From the NCBI GenBank assembly GCA_001795615.1, contig MGKI01000006.1:3636-67635 (forward strand): a DNA stretch of 64,000 nt, written 5' to 3'. Positions within the stretch are counted from its first letter, which is position 1. Each line of letters begins with the position of its first letter. The notes under the pieces are model-generated. The model was given only the letters and a program-made list of their open reading frames with translations, had not been told where the DNA came from and searched no databases. The DNA is from Candidatus Yanofskybacteria bacterium RIFCSPLOWO2_01_FULL_42_49 (lineage in GTDB: Bacteria; Patescibacteriota; Minisyncoccia; 2-02-FULL-40-12; GWA2-44-9). Shown piece after piece: positions 18,571 to 29,370 of the stretch. A program made the translations under genes and the position numbers.

Positions 18571-19134
18571 TTAAAAACTAACCTTGACTGGTTCGCGGGC
18601 CGCTTCTTCATTGAGCTCAAAGAAGTCGGCTTTTTTGAATCCATATATGTTGGCAACTATGTTAGTGGGAAACTGCTCGACTTGAGTATTGAGGGTGAGA
18701 ATATTGGTATTATAAAACCTGCGGGCGGCTTGGATTTTGTTTTCGGTATCAGTGAGTTCGTCCTGAAGCTTGGTAAAACTTTCAACTGCTCTCAATTGGG
18801 GGTAAGCCTCGGATAAAGCGAACAAGCTCTTCAATGCGCCGGAAAGCATGTTCTCGGCTTGGCTGTGTTCTTTAACACCCGCCTGCGCAGATAAACCCAT
18901 CGCCGCCGAGCGGGCCTTGATGACATTTTCCAGAACCTGGCTTTCATGAGCAGCGTAACCCTTCACCGTTTCCACGAGATTAGGAATCAGATCATATCGC
19001 CTCTTCAGCTGAACATCTATATCCGACCACGATTCTTTAACCCTATTACGAGAACGGACAAGCGCATTAAAAGCACCCGCCAGCCAAAGACTCACAACGA
19101 CCAAAATTATAATTAAAATTAATGAAGTAGACAT
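18571..19134 (-). CDS. lemA: LemA family protein
   Basis: N-terminal TM then LVRSRNRVKESWSDIDVQLKRRYDLIPNLVETVKGYAAHE. Confidence 0.8.
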   Translation of the reverse strand: MSTSLILIIILVVVSLWLAGAFNALVRSRNRVKESWSDIDVQLKRRYDLIPNLVETVKGYAAHESQVLENVIKARSAAMGLSAQAGVKEHSQAENMLSGALKSLFALSEAYPQLRAVESFTKLQDELTDTENKIQAARRFYNTNILTLNTQVEQFPTNIVANIYGFKKADFFELNEEAAREPVKVSF

Positions 19135-19137
19135 ATT

Positions 19138-20772
19138 TTATATTTTACTCGCTATTGCCGCCTTTATCAACCCGATAAATAAGGGGTGCGGCGACAAGGG
19201 GCGGGATTTAAATTCGGGATGGAATTGAGTAGCAACGAAAAATTTATGGTTAGGCAATTCTATCACCTCAACCAACTGTCTTTGCGGGTTAACTCCGGCA
19301 AGCAGCATTCCGTTTTTTTCAAGGCGTAAGCGGTAGTTGTTGTTCACTTCATAACGATGGCGATGGCGCTCACTAATTAGCTTACTGGCATATAGCGAAT
19401 AGCTTTTAGACTGCGGATTTAGACGACAGTGATACGCCCCCAACCGCATTGAACCGCCCATTTTCTTTTCTTTAATATTTACCAGTTGATCCGGCATCGT
19501 GCATATCACCGGTTTTGGCGTCCCGGGGTCAACTTCAGTGGTATGAGCCCCCTTCAAGCCGCAAACATTACGGGCAAATTCTATGACCGCCAACTGTAAA
19601 CCATAGCACAAGCCCAGAAACGGTATATTGTTTTCTCGCGCAAACCGGATAACGGAAATTTTACCTTCGACTCCCCTTTTGCCGAATCCCCCAGGAATGA
19701 TAATCCCGTTAAAATTCTTTAACTCCTCCAGGGCCGAGAGGTCATTTTCATAATTTTCGGCGCTCAACCATGTTATCTCCGGATCTACCCTTAAGGACCA
19801 TGCGGCGTGCTTTATCGCTTCTAAAACAGAGAGATAAGAGTCCGTCAGTACAAAGTCCCCGGAATTAAAATATTTCCCCACAATGCCTATTTTGACTTTC
19901 TTTGTCGGATTGTTTGATTTATGAATAAACTTTTTCCATTCCCCAAAATCTTTTTTCCTCGCTTTCAATTTTAATTTTTTAAGTATCAAATCACTGAGCC
20001 GGTCTTTTTCAAAATTCAGAGGAATTTCATAAATATTTTTAACATTCGGGGCCGATATTATGTCCTCTCTCCGGAGATTGCAATTCAGCGCCAATTTTTC
20101 TTTTCTGCTGTCGTCAACCGGAACACTGCCTCGAGCCAAGATAATATCCGGCTGCAGACCGGCGGCGTTCAGCGTCCTAACTGCATATTGGGTAGGTTTT
20201 GTTTTTAATTCCGTACCCCCGGCCTCAAGAACCGGAAGCATACTGACTAATACCAGCGCCACATCATCCGGCTGTTTTATTTTTAGCATACGAACGGCCT
20301 CCAAAAATAAAATATTCTGGTATTCTCCGACGGTTCCGCCTATTTCCACAATAACAACTTTTGCGCGATTTTCTTTGGCCGCATTTTTTATTTTTTCTAT
20401 AATAAACAGCGGAATCTGGGGAACCACCTCAACGCACCTGCCGCCATAGTCAAGGTTCCGCTCACGATTGATGACATCAAGATAAATACTGCCAGTGGTC
20501 ATGTAGTTTTTGCTAGACAAACTCCGCCCCAAGAACCTTTCGTAGTTTCCCATATCCTGATCGCATTCCATTCCGTCGTCTAAAACAAAAACCTCACCGT
20601 GTTCGGTGGGATTCATTGTGCCGGCATCAACATTAACATAGGGATCTATTTTGACTGCAGTCGTTTCCAACCCTCTGGCTTGTAAAATCTTGGCGATTGA
20701 AGCAACGGCTACGCCCTTGCCGACTCCAGACATTACTCCGCCCGCCACAAATATGAACTTAATGTCTTTCAT
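19138..20772 (-). CDS. pyrG: CTP synthase
   Basis: MKDIKFIFVAGGVMSGVGKG..., glutamine amidotransferase C-domain GLCYGLQ. Confidence 0.9.
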   Translation of the reverse strand: MKDIKFIFVAGGVMSGVGKGVAVASIAKILQARGLETTAVKIDPYVNVDAGTMNPTEHGEVFVLDDGMECDQDMGNYERFLGRSLSSKNYMTTGSIYLDVINRERNLDYGGRCVEVVPQIPLFIIEKIKNAAKENRAKVVIVEIGGTVGEYQNILFLEAVRMLKIKQPDDVALVLVSMLPVLEAGGTELKTKPTQYAVRTLNAAGLQPDIILARGSVPVDDSRKEKLALNCNLRREDIISAPNVKNIYEIPLNFEKDRLSDLILKKLKLKARKKDFGEWKKFIHKSNNPTKKVKIGIVGKYFNSGDFVLTDSYLSVLEAIKHAAWSLRVDPEITWLSAENYENDLSALEELKNFNGIIIPGGFGKRGVEGKISVIRFARENNIPFLGLCYGLQLAVIEFARNVCGLKGAHTTEVDPGTPKPVICTMPDQLVNIKEKKMGGSMRLGAYHCRLNPQSKSYSLYASKLISERHRHRYEVNNNYRLRLEKNGMLLAGVNPQRQLVEVIELPNHKFFVATQFHPEFKSRPLSPHPLFIGLIKAAIASKI

Positions 20773-20796
20773 TAAAATTATTTTAACACCTAAAAA

Positions 20797-20830
20797 CCAA
20801 AAGAGCGGTGGATAACCGCTCTTTTGGTTT
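20797..20830 (-). terminator. Rho-independent terminator after groEL (ccaaaagagcggt-ggat-aaccgctcttttgg + T-run)
   Basis: Between groEL stop 20831 and pyrG start 20772. Confidence 0.6.
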
Positions 20831-22606
<1,776 letters not shown>

Positions 22607-22891
22607 TTAAGTCAAAATTGCGAGTACATCATCCTCTTTGATTATCAGATATTCTTTTCCGTCGACCTTAACTTCATTCGGGCTGTATTTGGTAAAAAGT
22701 ACCACATTGCCCTTTTTGACATCTATGGGGATATGCTTTCCTTCTTTATCCCTTTTACCGGGACCGACAGCAATAACTTTGCCCTTCTCGGACCGCTCTT
22801 TTTCAACGGTATCAGGCAAGATAATGCTGCCTTTTTTCTTTTCTTCCCTTATTGGTTCGACCAATATATGATCACTTAATGGCTTTATCAT
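22607..22891 (-). CDS. groS: Co-chaperonin GroES
   Basis: MIKPLSDHILVEP...; start moved to 22891 (ORF-track N-extension lies in conserved non-coding leader). Confidence 0.9.
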   Translation of the reverse strand: MIKPLSDHILVEPIREEKKKGSIILPDTVEKERSEKGKVIAVGPGKRDKEGKHIPIDVKKGNVVLFTKYSPNEVKVDGKEYLIIKEDDVLAILT

Positions 22892-23107
22892 TTCTAACTT
22901 GCTCGCCCTCCGCCAGCTTTCGCTTGGCGGTACGGGCCCTACGGGCTTGCCCGTCTTCTTTGTCAAAATCTACAGAGTTCCTTGACCGGCTAAAGCACGG
23001 TCAGGAAATCACTCCGAGCCCGCTTCTCCTTCACCATACTACATACAGTATGACTCAGTCGAATGCTCGATTTTGCCTCGAATACGGCCAAGCGCGCTGC
23101 GTTATAA
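22892..23107 (-). promoter_or_regulatory. Conserved structured leader element, copy A (shared with ssb upstream region)
   Basis: Blocks TTATAACGCAGCGCGCTTGGC, AGTATGGTGAAGG, GCAAGCCCGTAGGGCCCGTACCGC, hairpin, GGAGGGCGAGCAAGTTAGAA-ATG all shared with 48528-48693. Confidence 0.4.
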
Positions 23108-23153
23108 AAATTGATTATCCCTAGCGACTAGTTTTTGCTAGTGGCTATTTTAG

Positions 23154-23180
23154 TTAGCAGTGTATCCCAACGAGTGCTAA
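23154..23180. promoter_or_regulatory. CIRCE-like HrcA operator (TTAGCAGTG-N9-GAGTGCTAA)
   Basis: Right half perfect, left half 7/9 to consensus TTAGCACTC-N9-GAGTGCTAA; upstream of groES operon. Confidence 0.55.
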
Positions 23181-23228
23181 TCTGTCAACCCCATAACAAA
23201 AAGGCGGCATTGTTGCCGCCGATTATTA

Positions 23229-25097
23229 TTAAAATATCCGCCAGAATTTCAAATAATCAAACCATCTTTTACCTTTCTTTACAGAATCGTCAGGCGAAAC
23301 TTCCAACTTACCAGAGACATTTACCGAAATTGTGAAGGTTGCATCAAAGTCAATGAAATCGCCAAGCAGCGGCGTAACGGTGAGCAGAACTTCTTTGTCG
23401 CTGTTTTGTGGCAACCGACGCAAGGCGCCTTGATCCAATTCGACCCAGCTCCAGTCTGGCTGGACTAGTGACTTAGTCTTCTTTTCGACGGCCTCATCAC
23501 TTGCTTTGGTCGGCGGCATCAACTGTTGAACATAAAGAAGATTTGTCTTTCGATCCGCCGATTCATTCAATCTTCGAATCATATCGCCCAAAGAAGCGGG
23601 CGGTTCCAAACTGGCCTTGTCAACAAATTTATTAGCGCTCTGAACAATAACTGTAACCACTGATGGGCTTACCGGCGGCTTTATCCTATCATTGAAATCC
23701 TCGGGGATTTCAATCGGAATACTGATTTGCTTAGTAGCTCGGCTGGAGTATTCCTCAAGAACGACATTTACATAGACAGTATCACCCGGTTTTGCCGTTC
23801 TTTGCGACAGGAATGATCTTTTAGCCGTCCACACGCTTATTCCTTTAACAAGGTCAATGTGCGTGCTTATCTTTTCAAGGTTGTAGTTGAAACCGCTTTT
23901 ATTTAATTCCTCCAGCGCGGCGCTAACTTTGGTAAAAACTTCGGCAAAAGGATTTCTAACCACTTGCGCCGGCACTAAACTTTTCAGAAAAATTTCCGGC
24001 TCGTCTGTCACGGTTATTCTCGTCTGATAAGATACGGACACGAAACTCGTATCCCCCAACAACTGCTGAACCCAAGCAATCGGCAATTGGTTGATAATCG
24101 CAGAAGCCATGGGACTCTCTGCAATCTCTTCCTGGAACAAAACGAGCTCACCGCCAACATGCAGTTCCGCTTGAAGTGGAAGCATTCTAGCCGTGGAGCC
24201 GATAAGACCGGCCATTTCGTGCGCCCCGTCCATGAGCATTACGCCTTCAGTTTCGAGACTGCAACCAACAATCTTATGGGCTTGATACGGCGTTTGAAGC
24301 GTATCCGCTACCGATACCTGAACGAAAGGATAATTCACCGCACCGGTGCCAAAGAAAGGGTGGCCGAAAATATAGATCTTGTCGCCGTCTCTCCAGGTCA
24401 CCGTTCCTGAACCGCCTACATCTCGAGAACCTCTGGCCAGAAAAACAGTTACCATTGAGCCGGGTTTGATATCGCTCTTGACCGATTCGTCGCAAACATC
24501 ACCCGCTGAACTTCCCTGAACAGGCAAAGAACCAACACCACCAATGCCGGAAAAAAGCATTAAATTGTAGAACTCTCTGCCGTCAACAACAACTTTGTTT
24601 GGAGGACGAACCGAGAACTGGCTCGACACCCCATAACCGCCTAACCGACTTCCCAACATATATCCCGCCGGGGTTAGTAAGACATTCGTTCCGCCAACGA
24701 TAAAATAGCCGGCGGCATAGCTCAAAGACCCGACAAGAAACACATCGTTATCGGCAAGAACTGCTTTACTTACACACTCATCAAGCTCAAGACAATCACC
24801 GATGAATATCGGACTGCCGCTCATTCCGGCAATAGCGCCGATCTTTTCCAAAGCCGTTTCCATCGGACCACCGGAAATATGAGACAATATCAAATTAAAT
24901 CCCTCAGCATCAGTTACCCCTCTCAATTCAACATCGAACCGCTTAGGCTCAACTCCCCTGAAAACGGAAAATCCAACGGCCTTTGTGCCAAATTGAACTT
25001 CAGATAATTCCAAGATCTTGGGAGTTTGGGCGAAAACCGGCGGACCGGTCAGCAGTATAAACAAAACCGAAGACAGAAAAACTCTGAACATTTTCAC
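23229..25097 (-). CDS. Secreted SpoIVB-like (peptidase S55-type) serine peptidase domain protein
   Basis: Signal peptide; GMSGSPIFI serine motif; 622 aa. Confidence 0.45.
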   Translation of the reverse strand: MKMFRVFLSSVLFILLTGPPVFAQTPKILELSEVQFGTKAVGFSVFRGVEPKRFDVELRGVTDAEGFNLILSHISGGPMETALEKIGAIAGMSGSPIFIGDCLELDECVSKAVLADNDVFLVGSLSYAAGYFIVGGTNVLLTPAGYMLGSRLGGYGVSSQFSVRPPNKVVVDGREFYNLMLFSGIGGVGSLPVQGSSAGDVCDESVKSDIKPGSMVTVFLARGSRDVGGSGTVTWRDGDKIYIFGHPFFGTGAVNYPFVQVSVADTLQTPYQAHKIVGCSLETEGVMLMDGAHEMAGLIGSTARMLPLQAELHVGGELVLFQEEIAESPMASAIINQLPIAWVQQLLGDTSFVSVSYQTRITVTDEPEIFLKSLVPAQVVRNPFAEVFTKVSAALEELNKSGFNYNLEKISTHIDLVKGISVWTAKRSFLSQRTAKPGDTVYVNVVLEEYSSRATKQISIPIEIPEDFNDRIKPPVSPSVVTVIVQSANKFVDKASLEPPASLGDMIRRLNESADRKTNLLYVQQLMPPTKASDEAVEKKTKSLVQPDWSWVELDQGALRRLPQNSDKEVLLTVTPLLGDFIDFDATFTISVNVSGKLEVSPDDSVKKGKRWFDYLKFWRIF

Positions 25098-25162
25098 CCT
25101 TTTAGTTAACGAACTTAGCCGAAAGTTAACATAATTAAAAAAAGACGCAATACGGCTATTTT

Positions 25163-26158
25163 CTAGGAGAGACCCGAATCATTTTCCAATTCGCTTGAGA
25201 TGCCCGCTTTCTTTAACTTGTTATTGTAGTTATCGATAACAATTCGCTCGAAAGAACGCGGATGGAATTCGAGTTCTTTGTCGTTGAAAATTATCCGGCC
25301 GCCGGATTCATAAGTTGCGGGGTTGTTTTTTATTCTTCTCTGTTGAAACGATCTAAGTAATTTTTCCAGGAAATCTCCGAAAAAGTTATTTAACGCATAT
25401 TCTCCGACCTTAGCCAGAGCAATCATAATCCTGCTTGGCCTAACGCCTCTATATTCTCCCGTCTGCTTAAAATTATGACAATAAAAATTAGCCCATTTAT
25501 TCGACGCCATGAAATTATTAATGACCCCATTAGAAACAATCGCCGGTTTCATGTTGGCCAACGACTGCGCAATATATAAACTGCGATGGGTTAATTCTAA
25601 ATTATCGTCGGTTACATAATGGTTAAAACAGAGCTTATCTGGAGCAACAAGATCAAACCGGCCGCGTCTTGCTCCCAATATTGAAGAAATAATCCACAAA
25701 AAAACCCGTCCAGTGTAAAGCCTGCCGGATTTAATGACGACAAAAACATCAAAATCGCTTTTAGGGTCGGGGTTATTGGCCGCAAGCGAACCGCTGACAA
25801 AAACAGCCCGAAGATACGGCGCCGCTTGAAGATGTTTCGCTAACCGCAAAAATTTTTTCCATTTCTTGCCGGCCAGCTTGTCTTTTTCAATTCTTTCTTC
25901 ATACAAGTTTTCCCTTCCCGGCATAAAATAAAATCCGTTCTTGTGGCCCACAACACCCGCTCTTGCCATGTTGTCCAGTTCTTCGGCAATATCTACCGCC
26001 TCAATGTTAAAAACCGAGCTTTTAACATTTGGATGGGAAAATCTTCCCGGATTTATAAGGTATTTATAAACCTCGGCGAGTGTGAGCGGAAAATCAAAAG
26101 CGTCATAGTAAATAATCGTCGCCAGAATTGGACTGCGGATATCCATCATTAAAAACAT
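25163..26158 (-). CDS. Hypothetical protein with Pol-beta-type nucleotidyltransferase signature
   Basis: VFVSGSLAANNPDPKSDFDVFVVI fits hG[GS]x9-13DhDh. Confidence 0.4.
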   Translation of the reverse strand: MFLMMDIRSPILATIIYYDAFDFPLTLAEVYKYLINPGRFSHPNVKSSVFNIEAVDIAEELDNMARAGVVGHKNGFYFMPGRENLYEERIEKDKLAGKKWKKFLRLAKHLQAAPYLRAVFVSGSLAANNPDPKSDFDVFVVIKSGRLYTGRVFLWIISSILGARRGRFDLVAPDKLCFNHYVTDDNLELTHRSLYIAQSLANMKPAIVSNGVINNFMASNKWANFYCHNFKQTGEYRGVRPSRIMIALAKVGEYALNNFFGDFLEKLLRSFQQRRIKNNPATYESGGRIIFNDKELEFHPRSFERIVIDNYNNKLKKAGISSELENDSGLS

Positions 26159-26207
26159 ATACTAAAGATTAAAAATTAAAAAGTCCGCGCAAAATAGAGC
26201 GGACATT

Positions 26208-27371
26208 TTATTCGTTTCGCAAGTATCCCTGAAAGGGGTAAGTTACAATTCCCAAAGCCAGAAATCCAATTGCGGCCAGCAAACAGTATTGCCAGAACTG
26301 TCGGTCGTTATCTCCCGCGACAAATTCAAATAACGGCCGTCGATTTGAATCCAGTACGTGACCCAGATATTGTCTCGCATTGCCCTGTGAATTTTCCACT
26401 GTCCAGTCATACCCCAACAGATCGGCTCCTGTTGTCTTCGCCAAGCTAGAAAGCCGATCTCTGTCTAAACGCGTGACTTGGCCGATCCACTCTTTATCAA
26501 GCTCTGGGGGATAGGTCCCTTTTTTGTAGCCTTTCAGCAAAAAAAGCCAGCTTACGCCTGTTCTTGTGCCTATGCCAACGGGATATATTTTCAATCCTCG
26601 CTTTTTGTATTCGGCCATAACTTTATCGTATTTTTTGACATAATCGGCCCTAAGTTTAGCTTCTGCTTCGTTTTTGGGTTTGGAGTTGAAGAACTGATCC
26701 TCCCCATCGGAAAAAACAAGAACTATTCTGTTTGTTCTTTTTTTAGGATTATATCTTTGGTTGTATTCCTTACCTTCCAGAAAAGCATCCTGCCTATCCA
26801 ATGACTGATAAATATGCTCAAACGCGGTTGCAAAATCGGTATCGAAAATTGTTTCGTCGCTTAAACTACCGGAGAGACCTGCTCGCGAAACTTGGTCAAA
26901 AAATGTTCCAAAGTCGCTAGTTAGATTAAGCTTGATATGAGATTCTTTTCCGAAGATGAAAAGCCCGACCCTATCGCCTTCTCTCATGAACGAATCGATG
27001 CTAAGTATTTCTCTTCTGGCTATTTCAAGACGCGAAGGCTTGATGTCATCGGCTTTCATGGAAAATGAGTTGTCAAATAAAACGATAACTTGCACATCAC
27101 CGTTAGTCGGTTTTATTTCACTGCCGGAAACAGCCGGCCTAGCCAAAGCAATTACCATCAATATGGTCGAGGCAAGAGCAAAAACGCCCCAAAGCTTAAT
27201 CTTGCCGATAATCGGATATTTTGAACCGTAGGTTTGTTCAGGCCTTGAAAATAACCCAAGCACGACGATTAACAGCCAAAGAAAAAATATGGGCGCAATC
27301 AGCAATAACGCCCATAAATATAACGGCTCAGAAAAAGTAAAATTCCCCAAAAATCTCCCGATAAAGTACAT
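26208..27371 (-). CDS. vWA-domain membrane protein (BatA-like)
   Basis: N-terminal TM helices, MIDAS DNSFSM, VFSDGED. Confidence 0.65.
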   Translation of the reverse strand: MYFIGRFLGNFTFSEPLYLWALLLIAPIFFLWLLIVVLGLFSRPEQTYGSKYPIIGKIKLWGVFALASTILMVIALARPAVSGSEIKPTNGDVQVIVLFDNSFSMKADDIKPSRLEIARREILSIDSFMREGDRVGLFIFGKESHIKLNLTSDFGTFFDQVSRAGLSGSLSDETIFDTDFATAFEHIYQSLDRQDAFLEGKEYNQRYNPKKRTNRIVLVFSDGEDQFFNSKPKNEAEAKLRADYVKKYDKVMAEYKKRGLKIYPVGIGTRTGVSWLFLLKGYKKGTYPPELDKEWIGQVTRLDRDRLSSLAKTTGADLLGYDWTVENSQGNARQYLGHVLDSNRRPLFEFVAGDNDRQFWQYCLLAAIGFLALGIVTYPFQGYLRNE

Positions 27372-27373
27372 GA

Positions 27374-28093
27374 TTACGGCCTCCTTTGAGGACCGCCCCC
27401 GCCGGGATGTTTTTCATCTTGCTTTGATCGGGCTGGAAATTTACCGGGCGGCTCGCCGGGACCGTCATCTTTCTCTTTTATGGGACCCAGGATAAATTCC
27501 GGGGGAGTATTGCCCGGCTGAATTATGGCTTCTTGAGCGTCTTTTTTGTTACCGGAAATATCATAATTCCAAACCCGGTCAAAACATTCAAGATATTCTG
27601 AAACTTTCAAACAGTTCCTTAGGTCTCTCTCAAAATCCTGTCGCACTTCGGTCATAACAAAGTCCAAGGGTGCTTCAATCTTATGAGTAGCCCTATACTG
27701 GACTTGAGCCTGCCTAAATTTGGCAATTCCGTAAAGAAAGGACCTGGGATCTTCCTGTTTATCCTTTAGTTTATTCCTGACCTCTTCCCAATTCTCCGTC
27801 AAATATGTGTCGGCCACTTCGTAGAAAAAAGCGTCGGTGAAAAGATATCTATCCGCCAACCATTGAATTCTCCACTTCGCACTTAAAGCGTAGAAGTAGT
27901 GAAGTTGTCCAAGCTCTTCTTCTGTCCCGACAGAATCGCCCATTTGAAGATAGAAATTGAACTTTTTGACATGGTCGCAAAAATCTCGAATCGTAAGGGT
28001 CGGTACAGCAACAGCAACAGCAATCACGGCCAGCAAAAGTAGTTTGGCAATCAATCTGACCCAACTTCTCGTCTTAACAGCCTTAGTCTTCAT
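27374..28093 (-). CDS. Hypothetical membrane-anchored protein in Bat-like operon
   Basis: N-terminal TM, Gly/Pro-rich C-terminus. Confidence 0.45.
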   Translation of the reverse strand: MKTKAVKTRSWVRLIAKLLLLAVIAVAVAVPTLTIRDFCDHVKKFNFYLQMGDSVGTEEELGQLHYFYALSAKWRIQWLADRYLFTDAFFYEVADTYLTENWEEVRNKLKDKQEDPRSFLYGIAKFRQAQVQYRATHKIEAPLDFVMTEVRQDFERDLRNCLKVSEYLECFDRVWNYDISGNKKDAQEAIIQPGNTPPEFILGPIKEKDDGPGEPPGKFPARSKQDEKHPGGGGPQRRP

Positions 28094-28213
28094 GGATACC
28101 TCGCATTGTCAATGTTCTGATTAGGGCCAATTGTAAAACAAGTTCGTCGGGAAGGCAAGACAACTTAAAATCCCTCGCCAATTTTAAGAAATTGGCGAGG
28201 GATTAACAAAAAA

Positions 28214-29365
28214 TTATGGGAATTCTTCTCTTACAATAACCCCCAAAATCATGGCAAAAAACGACAACACTAGAGCAACCATCAGCGGGCGCTGGAAAAT
28301 AAGAACTCTGAAAAGATGACGGACAATATCAAACGGAGCAGTTTCCAGCCTGTTTATCTCGGCATAAGCCCGTTCGGCGCTTGCCCTGTCGCTGACATCG
28401 AACACAACACCGCCATACTGCCTTACTCTCTGTTTAGTAAGTTCGGCGGTTTCAAGTTTCCACGAAGCATTAAATTGCCTCTCGCCAATCTCATTTGGCT
28501 TAACATGGATCATGTAGGGAATAATATTTCTCTTTCTAAGTTCCATGAATTCAGTTTCCGGATCCGCTTCAACCGCCGCATCGGTTACGATAAGCAGCGA
28601 CTTTCTCCTTATATCTTTTCGGCCTTCTTCATCAAAATATTTTATAACCGCTCGGAGACCGCCTATCAAGTTGGTAGCGGCTTCGGTTTCTATTATTTTT
28701 ACCTTATCCCTGGGAACAATATTATCTAGATATTGGTCGTTGATATCGTTTTCAGGCAAAGACCAATGTGCTCGATTAACCATTACGCACGGAGCATCCT
28801 CCACCTGCATCATATAAACATCGTCGTCGATTATAAAACCCTCTCTCATGTAGGGGTTATTGGAGAAAACCCAAAGAGAAACTCTATCATTCTGGCCGCG
28901 TCTCATTCTTAAAAATCTAAGGTGAGCATCTCTCGTCACTTCGCAAGCAGATTTTCCGGAATTACCAAAAGGCCAGCCCATAGAAGACGAATTATCTATA
29001 AGCTCCGCTCTTTCTCTTGATTCAACGATTGTTTCAATCTTTGTTCTGGGAAGATAAGGATTAGCAAGAGTTATCAGCAAAAAGACCGCGGACAAACCAA
29101 GCAAGAACTTGGGAAATGCGCAAATCAATCGGCGAAGCAGACTTGCCGACTCATCATATTCAGCCGGTATTTCGTGCCCGGAATAATTGTGACGAAATTT
29201 GTTCCTTCCCCAAAGCATCTTGCACAAAAACACAGTGAGAAGAAAAAGGCCCGCCCCAAGGGCAAGGCCTAAAGAGCCAAAACTGACCTGTCCAAAATCC
29301 GTATCTTTAAAACTTACTAAAACCGACCAGATGAGGTTAAGGACTTCCTTCGTTCGGTCAAGCAT
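28214..29365 (-). CDS. vWA-domain membrane protein (BatB-like)
   Basis: DNSSSM, TNLIGGL, LLIVTDA; TM helices at both ends. Confidence 0.6.
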   Translation of the reverse strand: MLDRTKEVLNLIWSVLVSFKDTDFGQVSFGSLGLALGAGLFLLTVFLCKMLWGRNKFRHNYSGHEIPAEYDESASLLRRLICAFPKFLLGLSAVFLLITLANPYLPRTKIETIVESRERAELIDNSSSMGWPFGNSGKSACEVTRDAHLRFLRMRRGQNDRVSLWVFSNNPYMREGFIIDDDVYMMQVEDAPCVMVNRAHWSLPENDINDQYLDNIVPRDKVKIIETEAATNLIGGLRAVIKYFDEEGRKDIRRKSLLIVTDAAVEADPETEFMELRKRNIIPYMIHVKPNEIGERQFNASWKLETAELTKQRVRQYGGVVFDVSDRASAERAYAEINRLETAPFDIVRHLFRVLIFQRPLMVALVLSFFAMILGVIVREEFP

Positions 29366-29370
29366 ATCGG

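Noticed and set aside
22892-22966. N-terminal extension of groES (MTKKTGKPVGPVPPSESWRRASKLE)
   Set aside because: The region is the conserved non-coding leader also found upstream of ssb. Canonical GroES begins at MIKPLSDHILVEP.
22852-23124. 90-aa plus-strand ORF in groES upstream region
   Set aside because: It lies in the GC-rich structured leader and CIRCE region. It has no SD and no homology.
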